Assembly: GCA_020137815.1 (NCBI GenBank)
Contig: CM035351.1
Location: forward strand, 5,642,001 to 5,706,000
Length of the DNA: 64,000 bases
Direction: 5' to 3'
From: Hormiphora californensis
Lineage: Eukaryota > Animalia > Ctenophora
How positions within the stretch are numbered: the first letter of the stretch is position 1; each line of letters starts with the position of its first letter. This document shows, in pieces, positions 10,483 to 20,440 of this stretch. Both the position numbers and the translations under genes were made by a program. Below the pieces are notes generated by a model. That model was not told where the DNA came from. It did not search any database and saw only the letters and a program-made list of their open reading frames with translations.

Positions 10483-13400
10483 TCACCACGTCGTATTTCG
10501 GAGGAGAGATTTGGCAAGATAACCTGGTATCACACCTTCATTCACAATACCCTGCATAGCAAGCTCAGATTTAGCCAGAGAACATGTCAAGTCTGTCAAT
10601 TCTTTTGAAACACAGGTGGCGGTCTCGGATTCCTTTACCAAAAACGTCCTATTTTCAGGCGGAATAGGTGGCTTGTCCAACTTTGCCTCATATCTCTGAA
10701 TACTCTCCCAAATATCATCAATGTCCTCACGAGTCATACTAACAGCCCTCTCCCGCTCCGCTCTCCTGTCCTCCTCTATGTCGATCAACTCGTTGTAAAC
10801 TAGAGCCCGTTCCACCATCTGTTCTCCGTTTAGGGTCCCCAACTCGTTGAGCTGCCACTCGAGTAAGGCCGTGTGAGGGTTCAAAATCACCGCATTCTCG
10901 ATAACATGGTGGATTATCTGATTCAAAATAGAACACCACTGAACCCCTGACTGTTCCACAATACCACAGATCCGGGACAGCAGTAGCTGGGAGCTGAAGG
11001 TCTTGATTGAGCGACAGAACTCTAAACAATCCTCTGGTGAGTCTGGTTCTCCACGGAACGCCGGTAAACACATCCCCTCCAACTCTGAGGAGAGGGAGGA
11101 CATTCTCTCCGTGGTGTTCCAGTCAACCAGCACATCAGAGCGCTGATCAAACCAACTGGGCCAGTTTATGGAAGTGAGGTCAGGAAGTCGAACAGCCCGG
11201 GAGAGATACCGGAGGATGGAATTGTAGAATGTTAGGATTTCGTTGGGATTGACTGAGTAGGCGGGACATTTACTGAGAACAACCTGTTTAGACAGCAAAA
11301 CATCAGTTAGTTTGACACATACCACCGACTGAAGTAGGTCCCTGATGTCCACAAGTTTGAAAGGTTGGAAGGGAATATCGGTTGCCAGGTAACGAGCGAT
11401 GGTGGAGTTGAGTGTTTTGTACAACTTACAACATCCCATGTTTGTCAGAAACTCGGGTTGTTGTATAAATGTAACTCCATCCGGACATGAGGGAGGTTGG
11501 GAGGGAGCCACTAAAACAACTGGACTGGAGCACTCAGGAAGGGGTCGGGTTGTGTTTGCTACTACCACGTGACATCTCTTACACGCCATTTTAGCAGTGT
11601 GAATCGTGGCTCTAGTCATTATTACCACTTGTATTTTTAGTGTCGTGGATCCGATGAAGACCTTCTCAGCGAAATAGTCACCAATTTCAGAAAGGGATGG
11701 TAATCCAAAGGAATCGAGGAGGAACTGAGACAGTTTTGAATCTACCGTGTCCAGTAGAAGGGTGATGTATCCTGCGGAAAAGGGTGGAGGGTTGTTGAAA
11801 CACTTGAGAGGGATACCCCTGATTGCCTTAGCTTCCTCAAGCAGGTCCATTCGCATTTTTAACCGCTTTTGTACATCAAACTTCTTCTGGAAAGACTTGG
11901 TAGGTGATGTCAGGTCGATGTTAGCTATCCGAGAAATAGGTAGCAGGGATGGGTCACGCTGCTTGGGCCGGCCACTTCCAAGAAGATTATCCAGTACTTG
12001 AGCAGATGATAAGGAGACAATTCGTGGTGGAATGTTGTCCAAGGCATGGCGTTTAGCATTGATCTTCTCGCATCTCTTCTTCCACATGGTGAAGAAGTAT
12101 CGCTTCTGAACAGTACTCTGCTCCAGCGTCTCTTTGAGCCGTTTCTTCTTCTCGGCAGTCACCTCTGCCACAGTGCGAGGCACCAGGACACTCAGCTCCC
12201 TCTGGACAGTGGTGTTCACAAGATCAGATAGCACCGACTCACACGATCTCGAAACGGAGATATCAAACTCGGATAACATTCGGTTATTTGAATCGAGGAG
12301 GGTTTTTAGTTCATCTTTTAGGACAGTCTCCATGATTTCACTGTGGGACTCCTTTATAAAACTATCCGATGCTTCCTCCCAGACAACTTCTTTGACAAGA
12401 TCTTCTAGGAACAGCCGGGGACAAACATCCAGGAAGAGATCTCGCGTTGCTGAGTTTATCTTATTTTTCCTCTCCTCTTTCAACTCTTTCAGCTCTTCTC
12501 TCAGACCCCTGCGACATGCCTCGTCCAGCAGCTCGACAATAATATGCCTCTTCGCAAACTCAAGCGCTTTCTGCTCCTGCAAACACTCCATCAGCATGCC
12601 AGTTATCTCCCTCTGACAAGCCTCGGACAGCAGAGAAACTGTAACATACGCTAGCGATTCTGTGAGATGGGGGATCTGGGGTAGGTCCTTCCGTGGAGCA
12701 GCAACAGGGGCAAAAGTAGGGGCGAAGGTAGGAGTAGGTGTGGCAGGAATGGCGGAACCCAGGACACTGTCTGGTAGCACCTCAGCCGTGTAAAAGATCT
12801 TGCCCGGTGTAGTGGTTATCTTTTGGTTAACACTCGATATCTGGTCAGTCAATGTGTTCTGGTTAACCGTATAACAGTGCTTCTTGAACCTCACAATTTT
12901 ATCTTTCACCTCTACCTCCATAGACTCGACAAATCCCACGGTCTCAACGAGGGAGTCAAATCCAAGCATTCCTTGGAGTTTTTCCAGCGGGTACTCAGTT
13001 ACAGATTGAGTGGTATGAGAATTGATCAGGGCTCCCAAAGCTCTCTGTCTCACAATGTTGATGTAACGGTAGAGGATACAGCAGGCAAGGAGAGGCCCAC
13101 ATCTGAATAACTTGAAGAACCGGACAAAGTTCTTGGTGTTGTAAGCGTTGTAACACTGAACTGCGTACCGCACCTCATCAGACCTCATCACGGCGATAGG
13201 ATAATTTGATACCTCTCTCATTATCTTTCCACTGTCCAGATTTAGAAGAATATGGTACATCCTAAACTCCGCCTCATTCGGGCAACTCCCAGCTACCCGA
13301 TCCCGATCCTCATATATGTGACGGAGACTTGTCATCGTCTTCTCAAGGTTCTCATTGTTGTGTCTCTCATCATAGTTGTGGTCAGGGCCGGCGAGGTAGT

Positions 13401-14334
13401 AAGCGGAGAAAATGTGAAACCTGGCAATTGTTTCTAGGACAATGACAGCTCGGGGATCGCTTAGTCGCTGTTGAGTGATATCCTTACGTATTGCACGTGT
13501 CCGGTCCCATAGAAAACTGTACATTTCCTCCAGGTTGTCATCCTGACTGGAGAGGAGATCTAGGAACAAGTACTGGGTGGTTTTCTGAAGGATTATTGAG
13601 GGTCGCAAGTCCTCTGGTTGAGATTCATCCTGATCAGCGGAGGAACGTTGGAATTCTTTGACTGCCAGGTGATGCTGAAACTGCTCTTCTTTGTCCGTTT
13701 CAAACACCGACCAGATTCGCTTTTCCAGCCGGGACAGGAACTCTTTCTGAGAGCACATGTGAGAACAAGTTCCATGTTTCTTGGTATACACGTGATCTTG
13801 GTTTTCAAACCGGACAGGAGCAGAGAAATCCTTCTGAATCTGCTGGCTATTCTGTCGTTGGAGGGAAACATTACGTCTACCAATGGATCTCCTACAGCTA
13901 TTATCATCACTGCCCCTCGCTACAGCTGGTGATCGTTCCCTTGATGAAGCCCTCTCCTCAGAAGCAACTGAGAATATATTCCTCTTGGCGTCTGAAGGCC
14001 CAGTTGCAGCCGCAGCAGAGAATGAGAAAGGGTTGTCAGATGAGGGAGCGGGTCTCTTGTTCGATGTAACCGGTGGAGGTAGTGGAAGGGGTGGAGGTAA
14101 TGGGAGGGCTGGTGCAATCTCAATAACATCCTGATCCTCAACATAGTGAACCTCTATCTCCTTCTGCTGTTTCCCCTCCTGATCCTGACCCCGCACATAG
14201 GAGTAAGGATTACTGCTGCCCCCTGGAGGATCGCTTCCCCCGTGAGAACTGCGCCTCTTAGCTCGCTGCTGGTACTGTTGGAGAGCCTGCCGCTTCTTCT
14301 TCTGGCAATACTGCTTCTTGATAAAACTTTCCAT
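10483..14334 (-). CDS. MCM3AP: GANP/Sac3 (TREX-2 mRNA export scaffold), intronless 1283 aa
   Basis: SAC3/GANP motifs: GTCSHMC...E, AVKEFQRSSADQ, DLRP, FLWDRTRAIRKDITQQ, ARFHI, CPNEAEFRMYHILL, NFVRFFKL. Confidence 0.93.
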   Translation of the reverse strand: MESFIKKQYCQKKKRQALQQYQQRAKRRSSHGGSDPPGGSSNPYSYVRGQDQEGKQQKEIEVHYVEDQDVIEIAPALPLPPPLPLPPPVTSNKRPAPSSDNPFSFSAAAATGPSDAKRNIFSVASEERASSRERSPAVARGSDDNSCRRSIGRRNVSLQRQNSQQIQKDFSAPVRFENQDHVYTKKHGTCSHMCSQKEFLSRLEKRIWSVFETDKEEQFQHHLAVKEFQRSSADQDESQPEDLRPSIILQKTTQYLFLDLLSSQDDNLEEMYSFLWDRTRAIRKDITQQRLSDPRAVIVLETIARFHIFSAYYLAGPDHNYDERHNNENLEKTMTSLRHIYEDRDRVAGSCPNEAEFRMYHILLNLDSGKIMREVSNYPIAVMRSDEVRYAVQCYNAYNTKNFVRFFKLFRCGPLLACCILYRYINIVRQRALGALINSHTTQSVTEYPLEKLQGMLGFDSLVETVGFVESMEVEVKDKIVRFKKHCYTVNQNTLTDQISSVNQKITTTPGKIFYTAEVLPDSVLGSAIPATPTPTFAPTFAPVAAPRKDLPQIPHLTESLAYVTVSLLSEACQREITGMLMECLQEQKALEFAKRHIIVELLDEACRRGLREELKELKEERKNKINSATRDLFLDVCPRLFLEDLVKEVVWEEASDSFIKESHSEIMETVLKDELKTLLDSNNRMLSEFDISVSRSCESVLSDLVNTTVQRELSVLVPRTVAEVTAEKKKRLKETLEQSTVQKRYFFTMWKKRCEKINAKRHALDNIPPRIVSLSSAQVLDNLLGSGRPKQRDPSLLPISRIANIDLTSPTKSFQKKFDVQKRLKMRMDLLEEAKAIRGIPLKCFNNPPPFSAGYITLLLDTVDSKLSQFLLDSFGLPSLSEIGDYFAEKVFIGSTTLKIQVVIMTRATIHTAKMACKRCHVVVANTTRPLPECSSPVVLVAPSQPPSCPDGVTFIQQPEFLTNMGCCKLYKTLNSTIARYLATDIPFQPFKLVDIRDLLQSVVCVKLTDVLLSKQVVLSKCPAYSVNPNEILTFYNSILRYLSRAVRLPDLTSINWPSWFDQRSDVLVDWNTTERMSSLSSELEGMCLPAFRGEPDSPEDCLEFCRSIKTFSSQLLLSRICGIVEQSGVQWCSILNQIIHHVIENAVILNPHTALLEWQLNELGTLNGEQMVERALVYNELIDIEEDRRAERERAVSMTREDIDDIWESIQRYEAKLDKPPIPPENRTFLVKESETATCVSKELTDLTCSLAKSELAMQGIVNEGVIPGYLAKSLLRNTTW

Positions 14335-14476
14335 ATAATGGCCCTGAATGAAGGATAGGGAGTTAGGTCAGGTGCTACAATAACACACACAGATTATCAT
14401 ATATCATTTGATAAAAGAAGGTTATTACAATACACAAGCACACGGGATGAAATGATAAAGACACAGCTACATAAAT

Positions 14477-15391
14477 CTACAAAGTTCCAGGTTTATTGTC
14501 ACTAGGAGTTGGCGGTTTACTGGGTGTAAGAGACAGGGCTTTCCGTCTCGCACTCTCATTAGTCCTCCGCCGCTTTGTTTTGTCCACCCGGTGCTGAACT
14601 GATCTAAGTGTAACTTTCTCTGTGATGAGATCTGGATAAAGAATGTGAGAGTCCCTCCTCTTCCTGTATGTGTTCAACATGTCTCTAAGAATAAGGTCCG
14701 TACTGGGGGCCTCCTTGTGTCTATTGAAAACATCCTCAAATGACTCTTCTTCGTCTGAGGAATTTGAGTAATCCTGAGTAGATAACTTGACAGATAGCCA
14801 TATCTTCTCGTATTCCCGTTTAGCAGACTCTTTTAGCCGCCTCTCTCTATCACAAACAACGACCGGATATGGGCCAGTAGCAATACTGCCAACAAAGGCC
14901 GTGTGAGAATGCACTGCTTCGTGTAGAACCGCTTTCCGAGAAAACAGGATTTCTGATAGAAGATCCCGGTAATGAGTCTGTCGTTTTTGTCGGTATTTAG
15001 TATACGATGCCTGGTGTTCTATCGCAAGGAGTTCTGCTATTCGGGGGTTAAAGTATCCAAGCTGCAAGCGTCTGTAAAACTGATTGACTGGGTTACCAAA
15101 TTTAAAATTTCTGCCACTGAGCAGCAGCTGTACAGTCTCTTCCTGAAGATGATAAGTATCTTGGGCACTGGCAAAGTGTGGTAAGTACTGCCGTAAATGT
15201 TCTCTTTCACCATCATCGAACAAAAACGTCCAGGTATCACAGTTGAGGACAGAAGTCAGGATGTTTGGGTTGGTGTAGAGGAGAAGCGGCATGTTTATAG
15301 CACAATCGCGATACATAGCAACCTCTGTAGGGGTGCTGTTACTGGTGGAACATGACCCTGCATACTCAGGTTCTTCCCTGGAGCAAGACAT
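14477..15391 (-). CDS. NFRKB: NFRKB-like DEUBAD-domain protein (short, ~304 aa; likely start MSCSREE at 15391)
   Basis: TW..LF...EREHLRQYLP.F...EETVQLLLSGRNFKFGNP...GYFNP matches the NFRKB DEUBAD domain; TCTTAG-CC-ATG acceptor context. Confidence 0.8.
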   Translation of the reverse strand: MSCSREEPEYAGSCSTSNSTPTEVAMYRDCAINMPLLLYTNPNILTSVLNCDTWTFLFDDGEREHLRQYLPHFASAQDTYHLQEETVQLLLSGRNFKFGNPVNQFYRRLQLGYFNPRIAELLAIEHQASYTKYRQKRQTHYRDLLSEILFSRKAVLHEAVHSHTAFVGSIATGPYPVVVCDRERRLKESAKREYEKIWLSVKLSTQDYSNSSDEEESFEDVFNRHKEAPSTDLILRDMLNTYRKRRDSHILYPDLITEKVTLRSVQHRVDKTKRRRTNESARRKALSLTPSKPPTPSDNKPGTL

Positions 15392-16012
15392 GGCTAAGAA
15401 GTGGAGAGCGGAGCCTGAGGAGAGCGGGATTTCGAAATTTTCAGTTCTGAGTTTGCAAACTTGACTCGGCTTCATGTCATGAAACTGTGGTGCGCGTTAC
15501 ATTTTTCAGTAAAATGTGCTGCACAATTGAGTCATTAAAGAGCTGCGGCGAGAAAAAGCCAAAAACGTTGCTGAAAAAGAGCAACTTTAAAATGCGCGCG
15601 CGATATTTTACTGGATCCAAGCGAAATCTGGGTCAGCGATTTTTTCTTGGAATGCGCTGCAGCCCCCTCATGCGCGCACCCCCGCAACGAGGGGACTGAA
15701 GGGAATGCCGCGCGCGCGTTTGGCCTGAGCCCGGCTGGGTCGAAGATAACTTTGCGGTCGAAAAAACGGCGGTGCTTATAACTTTGGCTCCTGTAGTCCG
15801 TTTGACTTGATTTTTTCACCAGTTGTTAGATCTGACGATTATCTACCTTGCTGTTTTTGAGAGAAGTTAATTGGACTTAAGGAGGCTGAGCAATAGCCGT
15901 TGAAAGATGGGTTGTTTTCAAAAAGTGACGTCACAGATTCCTGCAGGGACACCTTTTTTTAAATTTCATTCAAATTTTGATTTTACCGCACTCGATTTTG
16001 CGGAGTTTGGTT

Positions 16013-16131
16013 CATATCTCCTGTTCCTGATAAGATAGAGACCTGAAACCGGTTGCATTTAAAAGCTCTTATCTTCCTCTTTCCAACGCTACCAAAACGA
16101 TTTCTGTACCTTATCTGGAACCGGAGATATG
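16013..16131. repeat. Imperfect palindromic transposon-internal module
   Basis: CATATCTC...GAGATATG ends; related (reverse complement) to 41917-42032. Confidence 0.55.
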
Positions 16132-16330
16132 ATTGATTATGTATTCCCCCCCAGCGCGGTATTCCCTCCAGGCCCCTTATATTATATTATAAGGGGCCTG
16201 CAACGTATGCCAAGATTTTTTCTCAAAAGTGAAAAAATCCCGAATTTTGCGTGTTTTTTTACTTCTGTTTGCAGTTTGAGACAATGTAACGTGAAGAGAA
16301 AGCTAGCAAATTATTTTTTATGTTTTCTGT

Positions 16331-16445
16331 GAGCTAAAAGGCGTTTATCCGCGGAAAAGTTCTCAGTTGGATCAGATGCTTCCTGACCGACAGATACCAA
16401 ACTGTCGTGGTGGATGGAAAACTCTCATCACTGTGCGGGGTCACT
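16331..16445 (+). mobile_element. CR1/L2-type LINE reverse transcriptase fragment
   Basis: Translates to IRGKVLSWIRCFLTDRYQTVVVDGKLSS, the segment that precedes SGVPQG in CR1-clade RTs. Confidence 0.7.
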
Positions 16446-16754
16446 ATTATGTGCCCCCTAGCCTGTCATATATCCAACAGGAGTGGAACCACCGAAATGG
16501 TTTTGGTAATGGTTGGGCCGAGAAAATGGATACTCGGGCAGAAGCTATTTCTCTTTGGAAACTTCCTTGGAGAGAGAGGTGGATGCGGGGTCACTGGATA
16601 TGTGCCCCCTATGATAGTTAATAGTATGTTATAGATTCAGGGTTTTAGTTATCACTTGGAGTGATGTGATATATATAAAAACCCTGGTTGTATTTATGTG
16701 AATGGGCAAATTACCATGGCTCATATTAAGGTAGGGGATAGCACGCCCCATAAT

Positions 16755-17355
16755 TGTAACAGTATGTTCGGACATGCTCCGAGTTTGGTAATTCGGTTAA
16801 GGACCACCGATAACGGTTTTTGCAGAGGAGCTCCACAAGCCGATGTGGTTTATTTCACTTTATTAAGAGTTCCAGATTTCGGAGATAATGAGACTGTTCT
16901 GGCCTGCAAATAACCTATATCAAGAAGAAGAATTGGAGAGAGTATACGGAGCAAGTTTCCTTCACCGCACACCTGCACTGATAGTGATAAGCAGAGACAG
17001 CCTCTACGAAGAAGAAGAAGAAGAAGAAGATAGTGATAAGCCGATAAGGGACCACGACGCCAAGTTGACGGAGTTGCAAGCCCCTGCTCACGTTTTGATA
17101 ACGCCAGTCTGCGACGTATAAATAGCGGCCAGGAGGAACCCGGAGTGTCTCAGAATTACAATACAAAAATTACTTACCACTTTGGTATATCTTGTGTTTT
17201 GATAGTACCTTTCTAGAACAAAACCTGAGACCATCACCACTCACCCTCACTTCACACTATCTAAATACACTCTCACCACACTGGTACACTGTATAGTATT
17301 TAGTTGGAAGCATGTCGAATGGAAACAATACCTTTGACCAAAATGGTGTAGTCGG
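16755..17355 (+). mobile_element. Possible LTR followed by a tRNA primer-binding site
   Basis: Starts TGTAAC, TATAAATA at ~17117, ends ...GACCA then AAA-TGGTGTAGTCGG (tRNA-Ser-like PBS); only one end seen. Confidence 0.3.
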
Positions 17356-17375
17356 GGACGGCAGGGACCCCACAA

Positions 17376-18578
17376 CTGGAGAAAGTGCTTAGTGGAGTTC
17401 CTCAAGGAACCGTACTCGGGCCAATACTCTTCATCATATATGTTGCGGACCTAAACTCAGCCGTTGTACACTCAACAACCAAAACTCTTGCCGACGCTGT
17501 CTGGCGCCGCGACCCATCTGAGCGCACTGTCGCGCGCTCAGATTATTTGAGAATCAAATTGGGGTCTGGCGCCGCCAGACAGTGCCGACGACACTAAACT
17601 CATAAAGGGAATTGAAAGGGAAGTGTCACATGACCAACTCCAAGAGGACCTGACAAAAGTGGGAATTTGGTCGAAGGCCAACAACATGAGTCTGAACGAA
17701 GATAAGTTTGAGGTTTTGCAATACTCTCTCAACAAAACTCAACTACTTAAACAGTTACCATTCACCCAAGACCTCCAAACGTACTATACTCCAGAGGGAC
17801 TCAAGATTGAACCAAAACATTGTGTCCGTGACTTAGGGGTCCAACTGTCAGATGATTTATCCTGGGAACATCAAATAGGAAAAATGACATCTGACGCCCG
17901 AAAGATAAGTGCATGGGTATTGAGGGCCTTCAAAACAAGGGAGGAAAAAACTATGACTATCCTGTACAAAAGTCTGGTCCGCAGTAAACTGGAATATTGC
18001 TGTCCACTATGGGATTCGCCAAAGATCTCTGACATCCAGGACGTTGAAGCAATCCAGCGGAAGTTCACCAAACGGATCAAGGGAATGGCTGAACTAAACT
18101 ACTGGGAGCGTTTGAAAAAGCTGAATTTTACTTCCCTTCAACGCCGCCGAGAACGTTACAGCATCATAATGATGTGGAAGATGGCAAACGGCAACGCACC
18201 CAACAACATCGGCATCCGCTTTTATAACAACAACCATCTCGGGAAAAAAGCGGAGGTCCCAACATGTCCCACAATCACACAGAAGTCAGTCGCGACGAAG
18301 TACCACAACTCGTTTATCTGTAGAGCGACTCGACTATGGAACACACTACCCAGGGAAGTGAACTTAGCGGAAAACCTACCGTCGTTCAAGGTACTACTAG
18401 GGAAATGGATGACGAGATTTCCGGATCGCCCACCGGTTCTCGGATACCCAAAACAAAACAACAATTCAATCTTGGACTGGATACGGATCGTTTCCAGGGA
18501 GGGGGAGGCTCTGTGAGGAACTGACACCTGTGTAGTTTGTACACGAAGAAGATTACAAGATTACAAGATTACAAGATT
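17376..18578 (+). mobile_element. 5'-truncated CR1-clade LINE (RT C-terminal half plus 3' tail), inactivated
   Basis: SGVPQGTVLGPILF, LADD|TK (interrupted), VRDLGV, LYKSLVRSKLEYCCPLW, SLQRRRER, LWNTLP; (AAGATTAC)n 3' microsatellite at 18548-18578. Confidence 0.93.
17497..17582 (+). mobile_element. 86-bp CTGTC...GACAG element inserted in the LINE RT catalytic motif
   Basis: TIR CTGTCTGGCG/CGCCAGACAG; 8-bp TSD TGCCGACG (17489-17496, 17583-17590); removing it restores CTT GCC GAC GAC ACT AAA (LADDTK). Confidence 0.92.
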
Positions 18579-18783
18579 GATCGATTTAAAATTGTCCACT
18601 AAAATACTGGCTATGCAATTAAGGGGGGGTCGGCCGATATTGGCCTTGAATGCCATGTAATTGTCAGTTTGTCCTTGAGAAACATATCATAAAAGTCTTA
18701 TAATGTTAATCGATGATTTTAAATACGAAAAACAGCTTTTAATCGGATGAAGACAGTTGGTAATCGGATAAAGGTTTGTTGAC

Positions 18784-19056
18784 GGAAAACGTTAAAATCT
18801 GGGTGCCTTTCATTGCTAACAATTCGTAGTTTTGGCGCGCGCGACGGGTTAGGGCTATCCGTTAGGGTCTGGTTAGGGTTTGGTTTGGGGTTATCGGTTA
18901 GGGCTATCGATTCTCTAACTGATACCGTTTAGTTTACTCAAATCGGCCATGTGGTTCCATGGCTATAGCCGTTTGAAAAAAGTCGGTCTAAGTATACTCT
19001 TTTGGTAGCGCGCACCTGTAAACAGGCTGCAAGGCACCCAGATTATAATCACGCCC
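18784..19056 (+). mobile_element. 273-bp Mutator-like (MULE) MITE with internal TTAGGG-like repeats, copy 1
   Basis: Imperfect 26-bp TIR with core AATCTGGGTGCCTT; 9-bp TSD TTTGTTGAC (18775-18783, 19057-19065). Confidence 0.88.
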
Positions 19057-19082
19057 TTTGTTGACCTTTAGGCTTTAGTGAG

Positions 19083-19310
19083 CTGGTACTAGGCCAGAAG
19101 ACTATTCTCTTTTTCTGGTACTAGGCCAGAGGACTATTCTCTTTTTCTGGTACTAGGCCAGAGGACTATTCTCTTTTTCTGGTACTAGGCCAGAGGACTA
19201 TTCTCTTTTTCTGGTACTAGGCCAGAGGACTATTCTCTTTTTCTGGTACTAGGCACGAGGACTATTATCTTTTTCTGGTACTAGGCCAGAGGACTATTAT
19301 CTTTTTCTTG
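19083..19310. repeat. 32-bp minisatellite (~7 copies)
   Basis: CTGGTACTAGGCCAGAGGACTATTCTCTTTTT repeated. Confidence 0.93.
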
Positions 19311-19393
19311 AATATCCCAAAACCCAATACTATTAGGACCATTTCCAAAATTAACCTTTGACCTCGTGCTAACAGGTACAATGTGAACAAAAG

Positions 19394-20440
19394 ATGACGA
19401 CTTTTCAACAAGAATTCAGACACCTTGCTCGAACATGTTGTGCTTCGACAAACGGTCAAATTGCAGTGACCTGGTACGATTCGGATCTGCTACGATTTAA
19501 AATCAACATATCTCCAAACAATGGACCGTACCAGGGTTCTCTCTACATGTTTACTATCCGGGCCAGTGACAATTATCCAATTTCTCCACCAATTGTAGTT
19601 AGCTGCTCCTATATCCTTCACCCCAATATTAACGAATATGGAGAGGTCAGCCTACATTTGTTGGACGATTGGCACTCAGAGAGAACTGACCTTACCGGCG
19701 TTGCTAAGGCACTTCTTGATCTCTTTCACCAGCCCAACTTTAGATCTGTCACTAATGAGGAGTTTAGGGATTGGAGTTGGACGGATGTTGAAATGGTGCG
19801 GAACGTCCACGCGTGGAGACAAGAGCAACACCGACCTGATAGTCCACCACCACGACAACCAATACTGGGGGAGGGGTACGGTAGTTCGATCAGTCTCATG
19901 TCCTCTGCAGGACACAGGGGAGATAGCTGTGTATGTAACAATGAGTACATCGTGGTAACCAACTCGAGGAAACCCCGGCCTGGTAGTGCGAGGAGAGCAC
20001 GAGCTGAGGCACACGCTCAGCAGGCATGGCAGAGAGATATCGAGTTTCGGAGTGCCAGTATGATCGACCTATCAGATTTACACGATAGTATCCGTGGTGT
20101 GGAACCTGACTATGAAATACGGAGTGTTACTAGTGATGATGACATGGAAGTAATGACAAGGGAGTCTAGTCGTCACATTATCAGTAGGGAAACCACCATC
20201 GCTACACCCTCACCACGCTCCAGACCTATCTCATCTAGACCAACATCTTCTAGACCTGCTTCATCTAGACCAACATCCTCTCCCAGAACATCATCTCACA
20301 GGACACCACCTTTCTGGCAGGCATCGACGAGGTCCCCGAGGGCCCCACTGGAGCAAAGGGATAGCATCCGACGTAACATGGACTACAGCAATAACAAACC
20401 CGACTTCCACTGTAAAAACCTGCATCGGTTTCTAAGATAA
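19394..20440 (+). CDS. Ubiquitin/NEDD8 E2-fold protein (Ubc12/UBE2M/UBE2F-like) lacking the catalytic Cys, with long S/R/P-rich tail
   Basis: DLLRFKINISP.NGPYQG, YPISPP, HPNINEYGEVSL (canonical HPNI..G.VCL), LDDW, LF.QPN; GCTAACAG acceptor 18 nt upstream. Confidence 0.8.
   Translation: MTTFQQEFRHLARTCCASTNGQIAVTWYDSDLLRFKINISPNNGPYQGSLYMFTIRASDNYPISPPIVVSCSYILHPNINEYGEVSLHLLDDWHSERTDLTGVAKALLDLFHQPNFRSVTNEEFRDWSWTDVEMVRNVHAWRQEQHRPDSPPPRQPILGEGYGSSISLMSSAGHRGDSCVCNNEYIVVTNSRKPRPGSARRARAEAHAQQAWQRDIEFRSASMIDLSDLHDSIRGVEPDYEIRSVTSDDDMEVMTRESSRHIISRETTIATPSPRSRPISSRPTSSRPASSRPTSSPRTSSHRTPPFWQASTRSPRAPLEQRDSIRRNMDYSNNKPDFHCKNLHRFLR

Noticed and set aside
18845-18905. Interstitial telomere
   Set aside because: Degenerate TTAGGG units are internal to a TSD-flanked MITE
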